A program made the translations under genes and the position numbers. Shown here in pieces: positions 26,501 through 40,100 of a DNA stretch of 64,000 nt. The notes beneath the pieces were generated by a model that was not told the origin of the DNA, made no database searches, and saw nothing but the letters and a program-made list of their open reading frames with translations. Source of the stretch: Trichoplax adhaerens (lineage: Eukaryota > Animalia > Placozoa); contig NW_002060945.1 of assembly GCF_000150275.1 (NCBI RefSeq), positions 1,802,199-1,866,198 on the forward strand, in the 5' to 3' direction. How positions within the stretch are numbered: position 1 is the first letter of the stretch; each line of letters starts with the position of its first letter.

Positions 26501-29500
26501 AGTACGCGAGTTGGAGCTTCCGTGAAAATATTAGTTATAGTTTACACTTCTAGCTTCTGGGAGAGTTTACTTGATTGCTTTCATTCGAATACCATTCTTA
26601 GAGTATAGCAAGGGCTTGGGCGAAAGACACTTGTTAGTTTGCTTTATTAGCAAGGTCCCAGCGATGTACCTGTAGCCGAGTTAAATTAGTACTGTATATG
26701 GATTGGAGCTTCCATGAAAATGTCGGCTATTCGCCATATGCTTCTAGCGTTCAAAAGAGTTACTCGATTGCTTTGGTGACAAGATTCTCATAGCACTACT
26801 TAATTTAGAGTATGGTAAAAGCGTGAAAAGATAATCTACTAGCCTATCAACATTCTCGATTCATTTTGGAGTAAAGCGCTAGCCAGGTCTAATTGTCCAA
26901 GGTTATACCTTGCTACAGGACGTAGGCTGCTTTCATGGCTTTAGCCATTGGATCGCTGATTGACGACCATGGCTAGGCAATATTGACATGTTTATATAGA
27001 TCCAATGACAACCACAGCATGAATCAACTGAGAAAGATAAACGTGGATCAATATCGCTGATGACATGGATCCATGCCAATTAAAATTACTAACCTCCATG
27101 ATGGGGTTAGTTTCGGTTAACAAACCCGTAGAATTTCTTACTTTCTCGTATTCGTTCGGACATGCCGTTATAATAAACGCTTGAGATAAATCCTTTTCAC
27201 TGTTTGTTGCATAGCTCTAGCGAGCGATTGGATTCCTGATTGACGACCATTGCTTGCTAATATTGGCATGTTTATAGATCCAATTACAACCACAGCAGGA
27301 ATCGGAAAGATAAACGTCGATAAATTATAGTCGATGGCATGGATCAATGTCCTAAAATACCACTAACCTCCATGATGAGGTTGGTTTAGGTTAAGTTGCG
27401 CTTACAATTTCTTCCTCTCCCAATCGCTCAAAGACTCCATCAGTATGAACGCTTGAGAGGACATGCTTGCCACTGTTTAGCTTGTCCATATCTTGTTATC
27501 AAGAACTAATTTTAAAAACAATATAGTAAAGGAGAGTGGGCTTTACTACTTCTATTCTTTACTCTCCGAGTCCTATTGAAATGGAATCCATTTCACTTGT
27601 AAACAACCATTCACGACCCAGAGGGGGAAAAACGCTTCCATCGTCGCCATAACACTAGCGGGAATTTCTCACCAATCTCCTCTCTGTTGTAGACAATTTC
27701 TTCCATCGCTAACCCTCTTCAATGACCACAATATCGCTTACTTTACCACCAATCCATGGGCCATTTCCCACTCGTCAGCAAGCTATATGCACAAGAACTT
27801 ATGTAAAATATTTATAACCATTATTGATTCTCCTTATGCTTAGCTATTGTCATGCCTTAGGCTTTGTCTATCCTATATTGATTTCCATTAGCATATAAAA
27901 AGAATTTTTAACGGCCACAGAATAGTTTAATTGAAACAGACATGGCAACCTCTTCCCTACTTTATTTATGGATAGAACAATAGTCTATCCATCATTTCTT
28001 TGATAGAAAGGATAGTAGGAACAAGCCTTGAATGATAATTCTCCACATTTGATTTAAAAAGCTACAATCATTTGGGATAGCGTTAGTTATGCTCGGCTAT
28101 CCATGACAATCTTTCTTCATGACTTGGGATAATCTTCCTCTCTCTCTCTCTCTCTTGCTTTTCCTTAGCTTTATTTGCCCAGCATTCCAATCAAATGACT
28201 AAAGTTTACGCTGAAGATGTCGAAACACTTACCATGTTGATCGTAGAGGTAAGTCGAATTCTCTTTCTTTCTGTTGTTTTTCCTTATAGATTGATCCAAT
28301 CCAGTAGTTTTGGTTGCAATTCTATCATAGTAGCTGTAACATTTTCTTCATCATCATATATGTAAAGAGATTTATACGCGATGACGTATAAATGCAATGA
28401 AAGATTATCTGTTTTAGTGAAAATGGAGTTAAAACCAGAGTCGGTAGTTGCCTAGCCTATTCTCTTACTACTTACTCTCTTATCGGATAAATTGGGTCCA
28501 CATTTTTAGTCGATGATTGATGAAATAGATCAGTTATGGACATTCCTCGTTGGCCACTATACGGCTTATTGAAACCATTTTATCGTTATTGCCTTGATGA
28601 TAGTATCGATAACTTGATCATGATGCCATCGATGATGGCAGTAGTCAATTTCCTCAGTTTTCCATACCTTTTGACGAACAGTAATGTAGACTACCCGATG
28701 CACAAAATAAACTAATGGTAGAATCAACAAAGATGAACGACAAAATATCTTACAAGCATCACGTTCGATGAACTACTCTACTACTTTGCAATACAAGATG
28801 ATTCATTTGTTGATCAATTCTAGTTTTTTTTCTCCCATATTGCCGTAATACTGTAGTGGATAACTTGCCTAATCTAGATTGATTCTCAACATGCTAGCAG
28901 TGATACTTTCCAACAGTTAATTCATTCAGTGTTTAATTTCTTTCGGATTAAGTAAAATAAACTGTGATCTTCATCTTCCGATAGAGAATATCTATCACGA
29001 TCGATACTGTAGGATAAGGATAAATAGGACTTGTTGATTATTGGATAGCAAATTGCAAGTCTTTTTTAATCCCAACTCCCATGATACTACCGCCGATGAT
29101 AAATCAAGAAGCCATTGATGATTGGCATTTGAACCCTGGATTGATTCCATTTCATAAATTGATAAAACATCGGCTCGAATTGGTGTTGGACTTTGTATAA
29201 CATCAATGGAATAGATAAATAATTTCAAACACTTGACGGCAAATCCTGGTTTTGATTGCCGTTTCTAGCGTGAGATTGATTATAATATTGCATGAGGACG
29301 GCTACTAACCAGGGTGCCATCCATAGCTTGTGATTAGCAGCGGTTGGATTATGCAATAGCTATTTAATAAGATCAATGGCGGCCCAAAACTTGAAAATTA
29401 GCCATACATAATGTGTGTCTATCATGGCTGAGGGAATGGGCAAATAGCTTGAAGACTTTGCGATCTTATTGATGGCTAATGACTACTCTAATTGCTATCA

Positions 29501-32500
29501 TCGTTTGTACAAGCACAACGATCATTAAGCAGGCAGGATGCTATGCTGTAGAAGATTTGAATAGTTGATATATTATATACCAATTATCATTCTCGAATGA
29601 GTAAAATAAACTATCCCCTTCTTGAAATCGACTTAAGCTATCGATATTAATCATCTTTCATCTTTTACACCTTTTAGAAAGAAAAAGATTTAGAATTAGC
29701 AGCAAGGATCGGCCAAGTAAGTACTACAACATTCTCCTAATACTGCCTAGATCATGTCAGCTACATGGATATTTTCTTTTTGAGCGTGTACTAGTAGTAA
29801 GAATGGCTGTTTAATCTCATAACAGTTTCTTTCTCCAGCCATAATGAAATAATATAATCTCGTTAGCGTAGCCTTTGCTTTGTTGCTTAAGACAATCTTT
29901 CGGCTTACTTTACGAATGTCGGATATCGATTGATACTTTCTTGTTGACCTGGCATTGGAAATGTCTGTTTAAATTAATAATCCCCAGTCTCTTCTTACAG
30001 CCATAACTGAATAAGAAACTAGTTAACGTAGTAATATGTCATTGCCTACGGCAATTTTTTAGCCTCGTTTATGTTAGATACATCGACACTTTTCACTTAA
30101 GTATGGACTGGTAGTAAAAATGGCTGATTAATCTCATCGCAATTTCTATCTCTAGTCATAATGGAGTCGTATAGCCTTGTTAGGATAGGTATTACTGGGC
30201 TACTAACGACGATTTTCGACCTACTTCATGTCGGGTATAGATCGATACTTTCTTGTCGAGTCGGCATTGGAAATATCCATTTAATAATCGCCACTTTCTT
30301 CCTACATCCGTAGTTGAATAAGAGAAACTTGTTAACGTACTAATCAGTTATTGCTTACGGCAATTTCTCAGCCTATTTCCATACTAGATACATTGTATTG
30401 GAAATGGCTGTTTAATTCCATCTCAGCTTCTTCCTCCAGCCATAGTGGAGTCATCGGAACTTATTAACATAGCAATCACACGGCTCATTTTGTTGTCTAG
30501 GAGAGTTTTTTCGCTCTATTTTATGTCAGCTACACCGTTGCTTTCTTTCCAGTCTACATCTACAAATGCATGCTATACCGCATAAAATCTAAAATCAGGA
30601 AGGATAATTCGATAGCTCTCACGGCCCTGTATTTCATTTATTTTATCATGCTCATGCTAAGCAATTACAGATATCAAATAGTTTATACTTGGTTTATATT
30701 CCAAAGTTGATATTCCAATGATGGCAGAGAATTAATCAGTCGAATCCTAAATCATTTCGCTCTGCTTACAATTAGCACTATTCTCGATTGATTTATGACA
30801 GCTATTTCATCCTAATTTTTCCTTCTACTTTCTCTTTACCTTGATAGCGGTAATCTACTCGTATAAATCTCTCTAGACTCTAGAATTCTCATCGATCGAC
30901 TATTATAAAATCGTTCCTATCCTATCTCTACCTATCATTCATCTACTCGCTAAATCTTAGCTATTTCAGAATCCTCTTCTATCATCGTTTTAGGTCCTAT
31001 TTGTCCTTAGTCTACTCATAAAATCTTACACAGATCTCAGAATCTTCTTTAATCAACTTAGACGAATCGTTCCTAATCGTATAATGTCCTTAATTTTATC
31101 TATCATCATTTATTAACGCAATTAAATAATTCAATGCCATGTGCTAGCTTGCCTACCGTAGTAGCCCACTATTAGCCTTGACAAACGACTTGAGTAATTT
31201 TTTCTCAAGTCTATTTAGTACCTACCCTACCTATGATCTTTTCAATATCGATAAAATTCCATCTACTGGACACTCCATCTCTTAGTCATTGGCCATCTAT
31301 CTACGAATCGAACGCTAATTCTAAAGCTTCTTAAATCTACACAAGATTTTATTTTTAAAGCTGACTTGACTGTAAAATAGAATCAATGAAAATGAATAGG
31401 ATATAGCAATCCAGAATATACCTTTACGCTACAGTAGTTGTAGGAAATTCCCTTTTGGTTTATAAAATAAATATTAATTAATCGAGGTGTACAGTAAAAT
31501 TGCATTAATTATACTAATAGAGAAATTAAGGTGCCGCTGAAATACAGGCAAATAGAGCGACCTTGATTAGCTAAAAAGTTCATCCTAAAATCTATACACA
31601 GAACATAACTAAATCTCTTCAGCTGCAATCGATAGATTGGTATAATGTGGCCATAAATGATTGCTGCTGTTTTTAAATAATATCCGAAAATTTATTATTT
31701 TCACATCGGGAAGACGAGTATTATTGAAGTGCATTGATACTCATAAACTGTAAAATAAAGTATTCCAATGTCATTATCATGGAACGTAGGAAAATAGCGT
31801 TAATCGATAATTGAATTCTTTTGGATAATTAATATAAATGGATTAATTATGATCTCTTCCCCAATAGGCATTATTGCAAGAAAACGTAAGCCTCTTAGCT
31901 AGAGTTGACAGTTTAGAAGGGCATTTGGTGGATACAGAAGACAGGGTAATACAACGAATAAAATTTATATCATGTTTACTATTTATGGATATTTCATGAA
32001 AATAATTAAATAGAATTATTAATACGGAAGATAAAGAAAAAGAATCTGATTCAGCACTCTTGAAAGCCACAATAACTAATTTAAGAATACTAAGTTAAAG
32101 TCACGTTCACTCATGGACTAAACTATATTATTTCTATACCTACTCGTCATGTCTTTTCACGATGATTGAATTATTTTGTTGGTATACATTTTATTTTTCC
32201 TCGCCTTATTTACGTGCAATGCAATAGATCGTGACGTCGAAATTTTATTCTTACTTTAGCCTTTTATGACAGACCCACAACTTATCATTAATCTATATTA
32301 TACACTGATCACGTAGGAATGTTTGAATAAAGTAACGCTATATCAATGCTTATTATTGTAGGTTATCCAGATACAGCATGAGATGAAAATGAAGGAAGAT
32401 TTATGGAAATCATTGCATAGCGAAGATGATAGTATAGAAGAATTGGATCGTGCTAGCGGAAGTGATGATGTCTTTTTTGGCAATCTTGGGTAAAAATAAT

Positions 32501-35500
32501 GACAATATATCGTTAAATAGCTATTGATATTGCTAATTTGAGCCATCAATCTATTCAATTTATTATTTATGATACAAACTGAATTTTCTTTCATTAAATT
32601 CATTAGTAATCATTTCTGAAGATATTTGATTTTACGTTATGTTATTATAAATTGCGTGATCGATGGATTAGTTTGATAGATTGAAGAGATATCGTAGGTA
32701 TTAAAGGCTATAAAAAGATTGCTCATTGATTAGATTATACTGCATAAAAGAGCATGTCTTATTATTAGTTCAGTAAACTGTAGAAGTGAATAGTAACTAG
32801 AGAGCTATTCGTTACAAAATTTTATTTCAAGTAATTTACAATTGATACAAGTGCCTATCTTGTGTTCAAATCGTATTAATATAATGGAACCGAGATCATG
32901 ACACGTTCCAATTATTTCTGAATTCGAATAGTAGTCTTATACACTGTAACTGCGTTACTAAATTTCTTCTCGCGAAATTTCAAGATTGTTTATAAGTTGA
33001 ATAGCTTAAACAAAACTTACTTTACTGCTATTCTAGGAGCTCCAATCATGATGACCTTCAAAATTTAGCAAATAAATGCAAATACTTGGAAGAAACTAAT
33101 AATCAATTAACGGAAGAAGCTGCCCGATTAAGAATAGAAACTGCTAGTGTTGAAGAAAAAGAAAAACAGTTAGTTGAAGATTGTGTTCGTCAGTTAGGTA
33201 TATTTTAATGACTAACCTTATTGTTACTATCAGCTTTAGCATCCAATGAGTAACTCATGTATTGAATTAAATCTTACTTTAGCCGAAGCTAACGCTCAAC
33301 TGAAAAGCTTAAATAATGAAGTTGCAATCAAGGGAGAAGAAAACTTGAAATTACAGGTAATTTTTGCAAATTTGGTTACACTCCTTACTGGAATGATTGG
33401 TTAATATTTTACTCGTTTTAAATGGTTAAACTTATAAATTGGTGCATGTTATAAATCTAGAATGATGTCACAGAATTAATGGAAACCTCTATTGCCTTAA
33501 AAGCGGAGCTAAAACAGGTAGATGTGAAATGTAAATTCACGTTTTAAATGCAGAAATTTATTTATAATTGACTCAAAAACACGTTAATTGAATTATTACT
33601 GACCTATATACTTGTATAGATCATGTTTGAACATGAACAACAACAACTGATGATTCGCCGATATAAAGAAAGTGATACGAAGTTAAATTCAAAGGTAATT
33701 ACTTTTTGTAGTGCTAAAATACTGCAAGAAGGTGTAAGAGTTTATCTTTTCGGCAATAATATCAATCTTTGCTTTGTGATTTTTCATAATGTTATAGGTT
33801 GAAGATCTAAAAAAGAAATATGCTGAATGCTCTGAATTGTTGCATGATGCTCAGGTATATTTATCTGTCCAATCTTTCCATTAATATTATACAAATCTTA
33901 ACATATCTTTCAAACACTAATGGTGTTTAAACTTTTATCCTGCATTACTGTTCATCAATTTTTAACACCATCGATACCAAACTTCTTTAGAGTGAAAGCA
34001 AGGACTTACAAAGCCAATTAAGGTATCGAATAAAAATACTTGTAAATAGTCTTTATGTTCGATTGCCATTCTACGCGCTGAAACTACAGTAATTTTCTTC
34101 GGCAAATTGATTATTTTATAACCTTTGAAATACTACTTTACTGCATACATCGTTTTATTAATGAACTCATCATTGTTATTTTAGTACCCTCAATAACCAA
34201 GCCATGTTCAATGCGACAGATTTATTCCGCAAAAGAACGGTAGGTTATTTTGCAAATTTGATCGTGACTGGATAATAATTGTACGGCTATATTTACATCC
34301 TACAATTTCATGTAGTGACGTAGATCTAAACTCTTGGCGAGATCTAAATTTGTAAAAATGTTAATCCTTCGTTTTAAATTCATCTAATTAGGATTCTATG
34401 GCTGTAGAATTAAAAGACAACTTGAATAGTTTCAAGCTTCGGTCTTTTCCTTCTGAAAGCGACATAGTAAACGATATGAACGATGAAGTAACGCAATACC
34501 GCCCGCTTCAGGATAACGATAAGGATATTTTTTTAAAGGAACAGGGTGGACAGCGCAAGGTTAATTGTAGCGTAAAATGCTAACCGTGATTGTAACACCT
34601 ATCAAATTGTTTAATCCGTTTATTGAGTTTGATATTTTTGTATCCCTGTAACAATGTTGATGGTATTTCAGTTCTTATACTGAATATAATAAAAATGGGG
34701 ATCCTTAATGAATGATAAATTTTATATCGATGCTAGTAGTTACAGTCTTATATCTGTGGCTTTTAGAAATAATGATAGCGAAATTGACGCCTATTTTCCT
34801 CTTATTACCAAATTAACGATAGTTTCTTTCCTAAATCTAGATGACTGACATAAATGAGGATGCAGAAAGTAACAGGAGTGGATTTAGCAGAACAAGTTCT
34901 TTCGGTGAGAGTGATAGTATGAATCTACTAAGCAAAAGGAAGTTCTATCCAGAAAAGCTACAGATAGTTAAACCGATGGAAGGTATACTTAATTTCTCGA
35001 ATTTTTTATTTATCGTATTATGGTTATAAGAAGCATTTCGGTGCACTAAAATAAAACTAAAACCTAGCTTCAGCTCTTTTGCTCATCTATTTCTAACCTT
35101 TGATTTTTGAATCAAAATAGGCTCTCAAACACTACGACAGTGGCAGAAGTTAGCCAATTTTGGATTAGATGGCCTAAATGAAGAACAAGATGAAACGAGC
35201 GATAAGCCAAGCGGTTTAAATTTGGATATTCGACCGAAAGGCTTGGAAGATTTCGAGGGCGCAGATATTATTAATACCTTATTCACGGATACTTCTACTA
35301 GGGAGGAAAATAGTGCAAAAGCTCCAACATTAAAAACTACAATATCGCAACCTCTTTTAGATAGATCTACTACCATTGGCCATCATTCTATAGCAACAGT
35401 TTCTTCATCATTAAATACAATTTCAACGATTTCTACTCCTATTCAGACTTCTATAGCTAATACAATGAAAGGAGCCACAAACATGTCGATGCTAGATTTA

Positions 35501-36016
35501 GGTGATATCAAAACGAATGGTCAATTGAACAGGACAACAACGATACCAACTTTTACTAAAGCAAAATTTGCTGATAAATCTCAAACAACAATGACCTTTA
35601 CTTATTCTAATGTCAGTCTTAATCAAACTAAAAAGGTAGAAGAATCTCCAGAGCAAATAAGTATAGACAATGTAGCCAATGATCAAGATAGAAGTAGTAC
35701 TGAAGATAGATTAGGTTTAGGTATGAATGCAAGTCCATTAGTTGCTTTTGCTAAAACGATTGGTGTTCGTCATGGTATAGCAAGTCCTAGGATACAAGAA
35801 GCTAGTGGTTTTAATAGTATTAGTCATGTCAGAACGCCTATTATATCATCATCCCCTTCCAATGACAGCGAAATTGATGATGTAATCCCCAAATCTTCGA
35901 CACCTATGAGTGATAAATCTATTCCGCCTATGACAAGTATCATGTTGATGCGATCCAATTCTGTTGTTAAACGTAATTTATCATCTTTACTATTACAGCC
36001 CAAACGATTTCCGTAA
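20571..36016 (+). CDS. TRAK1: Trafficking kinesin-binding protein TRAK/Milton (HAP1_N and Milton domains), multi-exon
   Basis: Exons give TPIAEDVNLTLEQADEILQYF (to 21568), QMTKVYAEDVETLTMLIVE (~28169-28248), KEKDLELAARIGQ (~29678-29716) and YPEKLQIVKPMEGSQTLRQWQKLA. These match TRAK1/2 and Milton motifs (LTTEQIEETLKYF, QMTKTYND, KERDLELAARIGQ, PEKLQIVKPLEGS). Stop at 36016. The start at 20571 (ATGA|GTGAGT micro-exon) is inferred. Probably a single pro-orthologue of TRAK1/TRAK2/HAP1. Confidence 0.9.
22340..23200. repeat. Degenerate intronic tandem repeats, about 140-165 bp
   Basis: tgattggtttacgttgag...gtactaaaatagattcatctt...agaatctagagctata recurs near 22471, 22609 and 22774. Confidence 0.65.
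23900..25400. repeat. Degenerate intronic tandem array, about 110-135 bp units, with a recent near-identical pair
   Basis: caatttaaaagcaaatct...gttgtaaaact...cgactagca recurs many times. Near-identical units have gtctaaacagaatataaatatt at 24591 and 24725 (134-bp period). One N at 24942. Confidence 0.75.
26090..26820. repeat. Degenerate intronic repeats, about 170-190 bp
   Basis: agcaaggtctccattact...ttggarcttycrtgaaaat...agcttctaagagtgtttgcttgattgcttt recurs near 26289, 26455 and 26648. Confidence 0.6.
26958..27480. repeat. Tandem duplication, period about 280 bp
   Basis: gattgacgaccat...catgtttata...gatccaat...caaccacagca...gaaagataaacgt...actaacctccatgatg...aacgcttgag at 26958 and 27238. 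Confidence 0.85.
29755..30550. repeat. Degenerate intronic repeats, about 140-155 bp alternating units
   Basis: aatggctgtttaatctcat...tttct...cagccata and gatactttcttgt...ggcattggaaat...ttgcytacggcaatttt motifs recur in alternation. Confidence 0.65.
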
Positions 36017-37104
36017 GTATTGATTCACAGCCATGTCTAGGCACTTCTATATGGAGTAATTTTGAAGAGGCTATTACTGCCATCAATTTGTACCAGTTAT
36101 GGTAACCATCCTCCGATGTAAACTAATTCTATCGTTCAAATGAAGATACCTAGGTTATAACAATTCATACGATTTGTCAGAATAATGACATTATTACTAA
36201 TTGCTAAGCCCTTCTGGAATAGTTTTAAATAACGATAGGCTATTACTGAAAGTAACTTTTTAAACATTGGTGTATTCTATTATTAATATCAAGATATTCT
36301 TAAGTATTAAGTCTATCTCGAATGATTGTATAAATAGTAATTACTCTATACGAGCATGTATCCATAATAAGCAGCAATTTTATTATAGCAAATGATCAAT
36401 AGCACCTATTCGATTAAATGATATTTATTAACAAAAATTTTTAACTATAATAGGACATATTACATATGCAGATGTGATTATAGCGTTTTATTCTTGAAAT
36501 TTGTTAGTTTCTGATGAGAGAATAGCTGTACAGTAATTGTATAGAGAATAATTAAAGAAGCTATATACTTAGATACAGTCAATCATTGCTTTATATTCGA
36601 TATTGCTGTAAAAATATTCGACTAGATATTTTAACGCCAAAAAACAATTGCCATTGACTTCTATCATTAGAATAATGGCGTTGACTAAAACTGATGGTTA
36701 TTATATAATAGTGCAGTTATCAAAATCTTAAGGCGATTTTAGCCTGCTGCTATGCCGTATAGATCTGTCGCTAGCATTTTAAGTTCTGGCATTATCTAAT
36801 CAATTGTACAATAAAAAATGCGATGAATTTGATTAAATTATGGTAATTGAATGATTCTTATTGGTTACATTAGTTTGAAGTAATCAATATCATGATCGGA
36901 TTTTGCATAGATGATCTTAACAACTTTGGTTCTTCTAATAATCGAGTTAAGGCTTATTTTGAAGATATTGATTTCTTTTTAAGTTTAGTCGCCGAATATT
37001 GACCTAGTTGGTATTATAGAGAGAAAGAATTTTAATTTTATAATTGTTATTAGATGCAAGATTGCTCCCTATAAACTAGTTAATATACTGTACAATGGAT
37101 TGAG

Positions 37105-40100
37105 TTACTGACCACTTTTCCCCGATATTGAAGGCTGTTTGCTTTTGACCGATGATTTATCTGATTTAGCATCAGAATTATCATTATTTACTCGAACGCG
37201 AGTACTATTGGATAAGACAACGCGAGCACGAGCATTGCCTTTTCGACTGTAGAAAGGATGATATTGGTAGACCGCAAAGTTATAGGAAACAACTAATGCA
37301 AAGATAAAGCAGTATTATTAATGTAATTATAAAATAAATAAGAAGTAGTAGTTGATATTTCATATTGAAATTACCTGCTGGAGAAGGAACATATTTCAAA
37401 TATTCTGGTCGAGAGGAAACTTGTGCATCAGGCATATAATTACTGACTTGTACTGAAGAATCTACATAACAATGAGAACAAGATTAGACTGATCGTTATT
37501 CTACTTACACAGTATATACAATATAGCACAAAGACGAGAGAAGTTCAGCTTACTATATGTATCCACAATTTTCTTTTTCTGCCTATTAGTAATAATCCTA
37601 AAGCCATGTAAGCAGTTTATTAATAATAGTGGATAACTGAACAGAATCTTACTTAATGGAGATATTAGGCTTACTTTGGATCCCATGTTTGAACTACTTT
37701 TTGTTTCTTTTTAGTGATAGATTGATATTTTGTCCTTAAATACTGAACGACAGAGATATTTGATTACTTACTTTGTAATGATGTAGAAACATTTTAGATA
37801 TTTAATATATTAATTTATCCTTCATTCAGATATTTTTTTAGACTATATTCATATAGGCTTTAAGATCGTTTACTCCTTTTATAGTTGTTCAAATTAAAGT
37901 GTCTTATAATGATTATATTCCTATTTTAAATTACAAATTACTTTTCTCCATGCTAATTGAATAGTTAAGGCTGCCATTTGCCTTCTTAATTCATCCGCTT
38001 CTTCCTGTATTCATCCAATTCAAGAATAAAATGCTACTTTAATAAACCACCAGTATATTAGAGTCATCATTTCAATAATTACTTACCGTTTTTCGGTAAA
38101 ACATATTGTTGGCTTTGTCTTTAATAAATCTATAAGACAGATCATGAAATATATACCATAAATATTAAAAAAAAATACCAAGTATTTGGATGCTTTAGCC
38201 TTATACGGCATAGCTACCTCCGCCATGCGCGCTGGATAATAGTGACAGCTCTAACTCTGGATTTAATGTGATAAATTCGATGGCGTTCCCGTCTAGCAAC
38301 AAGCTGAGATTCTGTTAAAGGAGTAACCTGAAAAGGAGTACGTCAACGAATAAGATTATGTGTGAAATAAATAACAATGACATTATTAATTCCTGGCCTG
38401 TTTACTTATTTATTCTCTAATAGCACTGAATATTTGATTTATTTATTATACAATAATAGACTACCAAAGCGTGCTATTAATATTTTACTATTAAGTTCCT
38501 ACCAAGACATGTGGAGCTAGCAATTCATCTGTATTAACGGCATCATCTACAATGCCTATAAATCTGGAATAGAGATATAGGTGATATCATTTATTTATTT
38601 TAAAAGTATGACATCAGATTTGGATATCGATAGGCCTTGGTACTTATTGTTTACAGTTGTAGTAGTAACTACATAGAATTATTATTGCCACTTACTTTGG
38701 TCTTGCATCTCCGTCGGGTTGCTGAGTAGCCTAAAGGGCAGAAATTACATATATTCAATTTATTGTTTATCTGCCTGCTTTTAATACAAATCTAGACTAG
38801 AATGATTGCAAATGAATCTACTAGTTTATTATTTTAGGTCGCTATCTATTCAGTTATCATAATTAATCATCATTATTGCTTACAGATTCATCGGTATGAT
38901 ACTGGTCTCTTTTCCTTTTAAGAAGAAAAATATGAATTTATACCGTCATTAGTAATTTAATTTAATAAGTGGTACTATAAATGATTACGTCATATGCAAG
39001 GCTAGAGTAATAGAATCTCAACCAAACTAACCAAGTTTCACTAATAAACTGCTGATATAAATACAAGTATAGTGACAGACTATTATGCAGACGTGGCGTA
39101 AAATTACAGTCTATAATTTCTGATAGAGCGCTCCATTATAAATATTAAAGAAGACGTGTATGATGTATTTTATAAATGAACATGAGAGAATAATCGTACA
39201 GATATTGTACTATTCCAGCATAATGCATTAAAGATATATTTACTTCTATACTTGTAAATTTCTGTAAGAGAATTGTATAGCAACTTATAAATTCTCGTAA
39301 AATTAATTTACTTAGTATCCGATTTTAATCGCTCATGGGCTTGCATCAATCGTCTTTGTTCTTTAATATTTTTTCGTACTCGATAACCTCGATAGAATGC
39401 CTAAATATTGAACGTAAGTGGTAATAGAAGAAGAAACAATGATCTAGTTAGTAAGGAATGATAGATACTCATAGGCCTACTGGCTACTAATGTCGAACCT
39501 GGATGGTTGTAGCACTCAAGTCCTGAATGCTTGTTATGGTCAATGCTCCATGTTCTATTAGATACTATAATTTCAAAATAGGACAGTAAATCGTTCATAA
39601 TCGTGAGCAAATGTGTTGAATATCAAGTCTGAATTTAATCAATCTTAATACTTGTGCTGTGTCAAGTCTTTCATCCATAATAGCGTAATCCAATGGTGTC
39701 AATCTAAATTTATGAAATCAAATCATAGCAGTTGATTGACTACCGTAGGTCCATAATATGAATTAAGGTTATGCAGCTAATGTTAATTACGATAGTAGAA
39801 ACTGGGATAGAATACTGAGAAAGTTGAAGGATTTATTACTTTTCTCCGCCGTATTCGGTAAAGTTAGGATTAGCATTGTAGTCCAACAATGTCTTTACTG
39901 CTTCTATATGGCCGAAACTGCTTGCCCAATGAAGTGGAGAAACACCCTACAATGCGATGATTATATTTTATTGAGTATTAACTACAGAATGGATTAGAGA
40001 TGCCATCGACAAGCAATATTTCAAGTCCAGCTCTAGAAGATAGAGTCATCGATGGCGCTCGCACTGAATGAATATGTATTAAAATACGCAAATCTACCAC

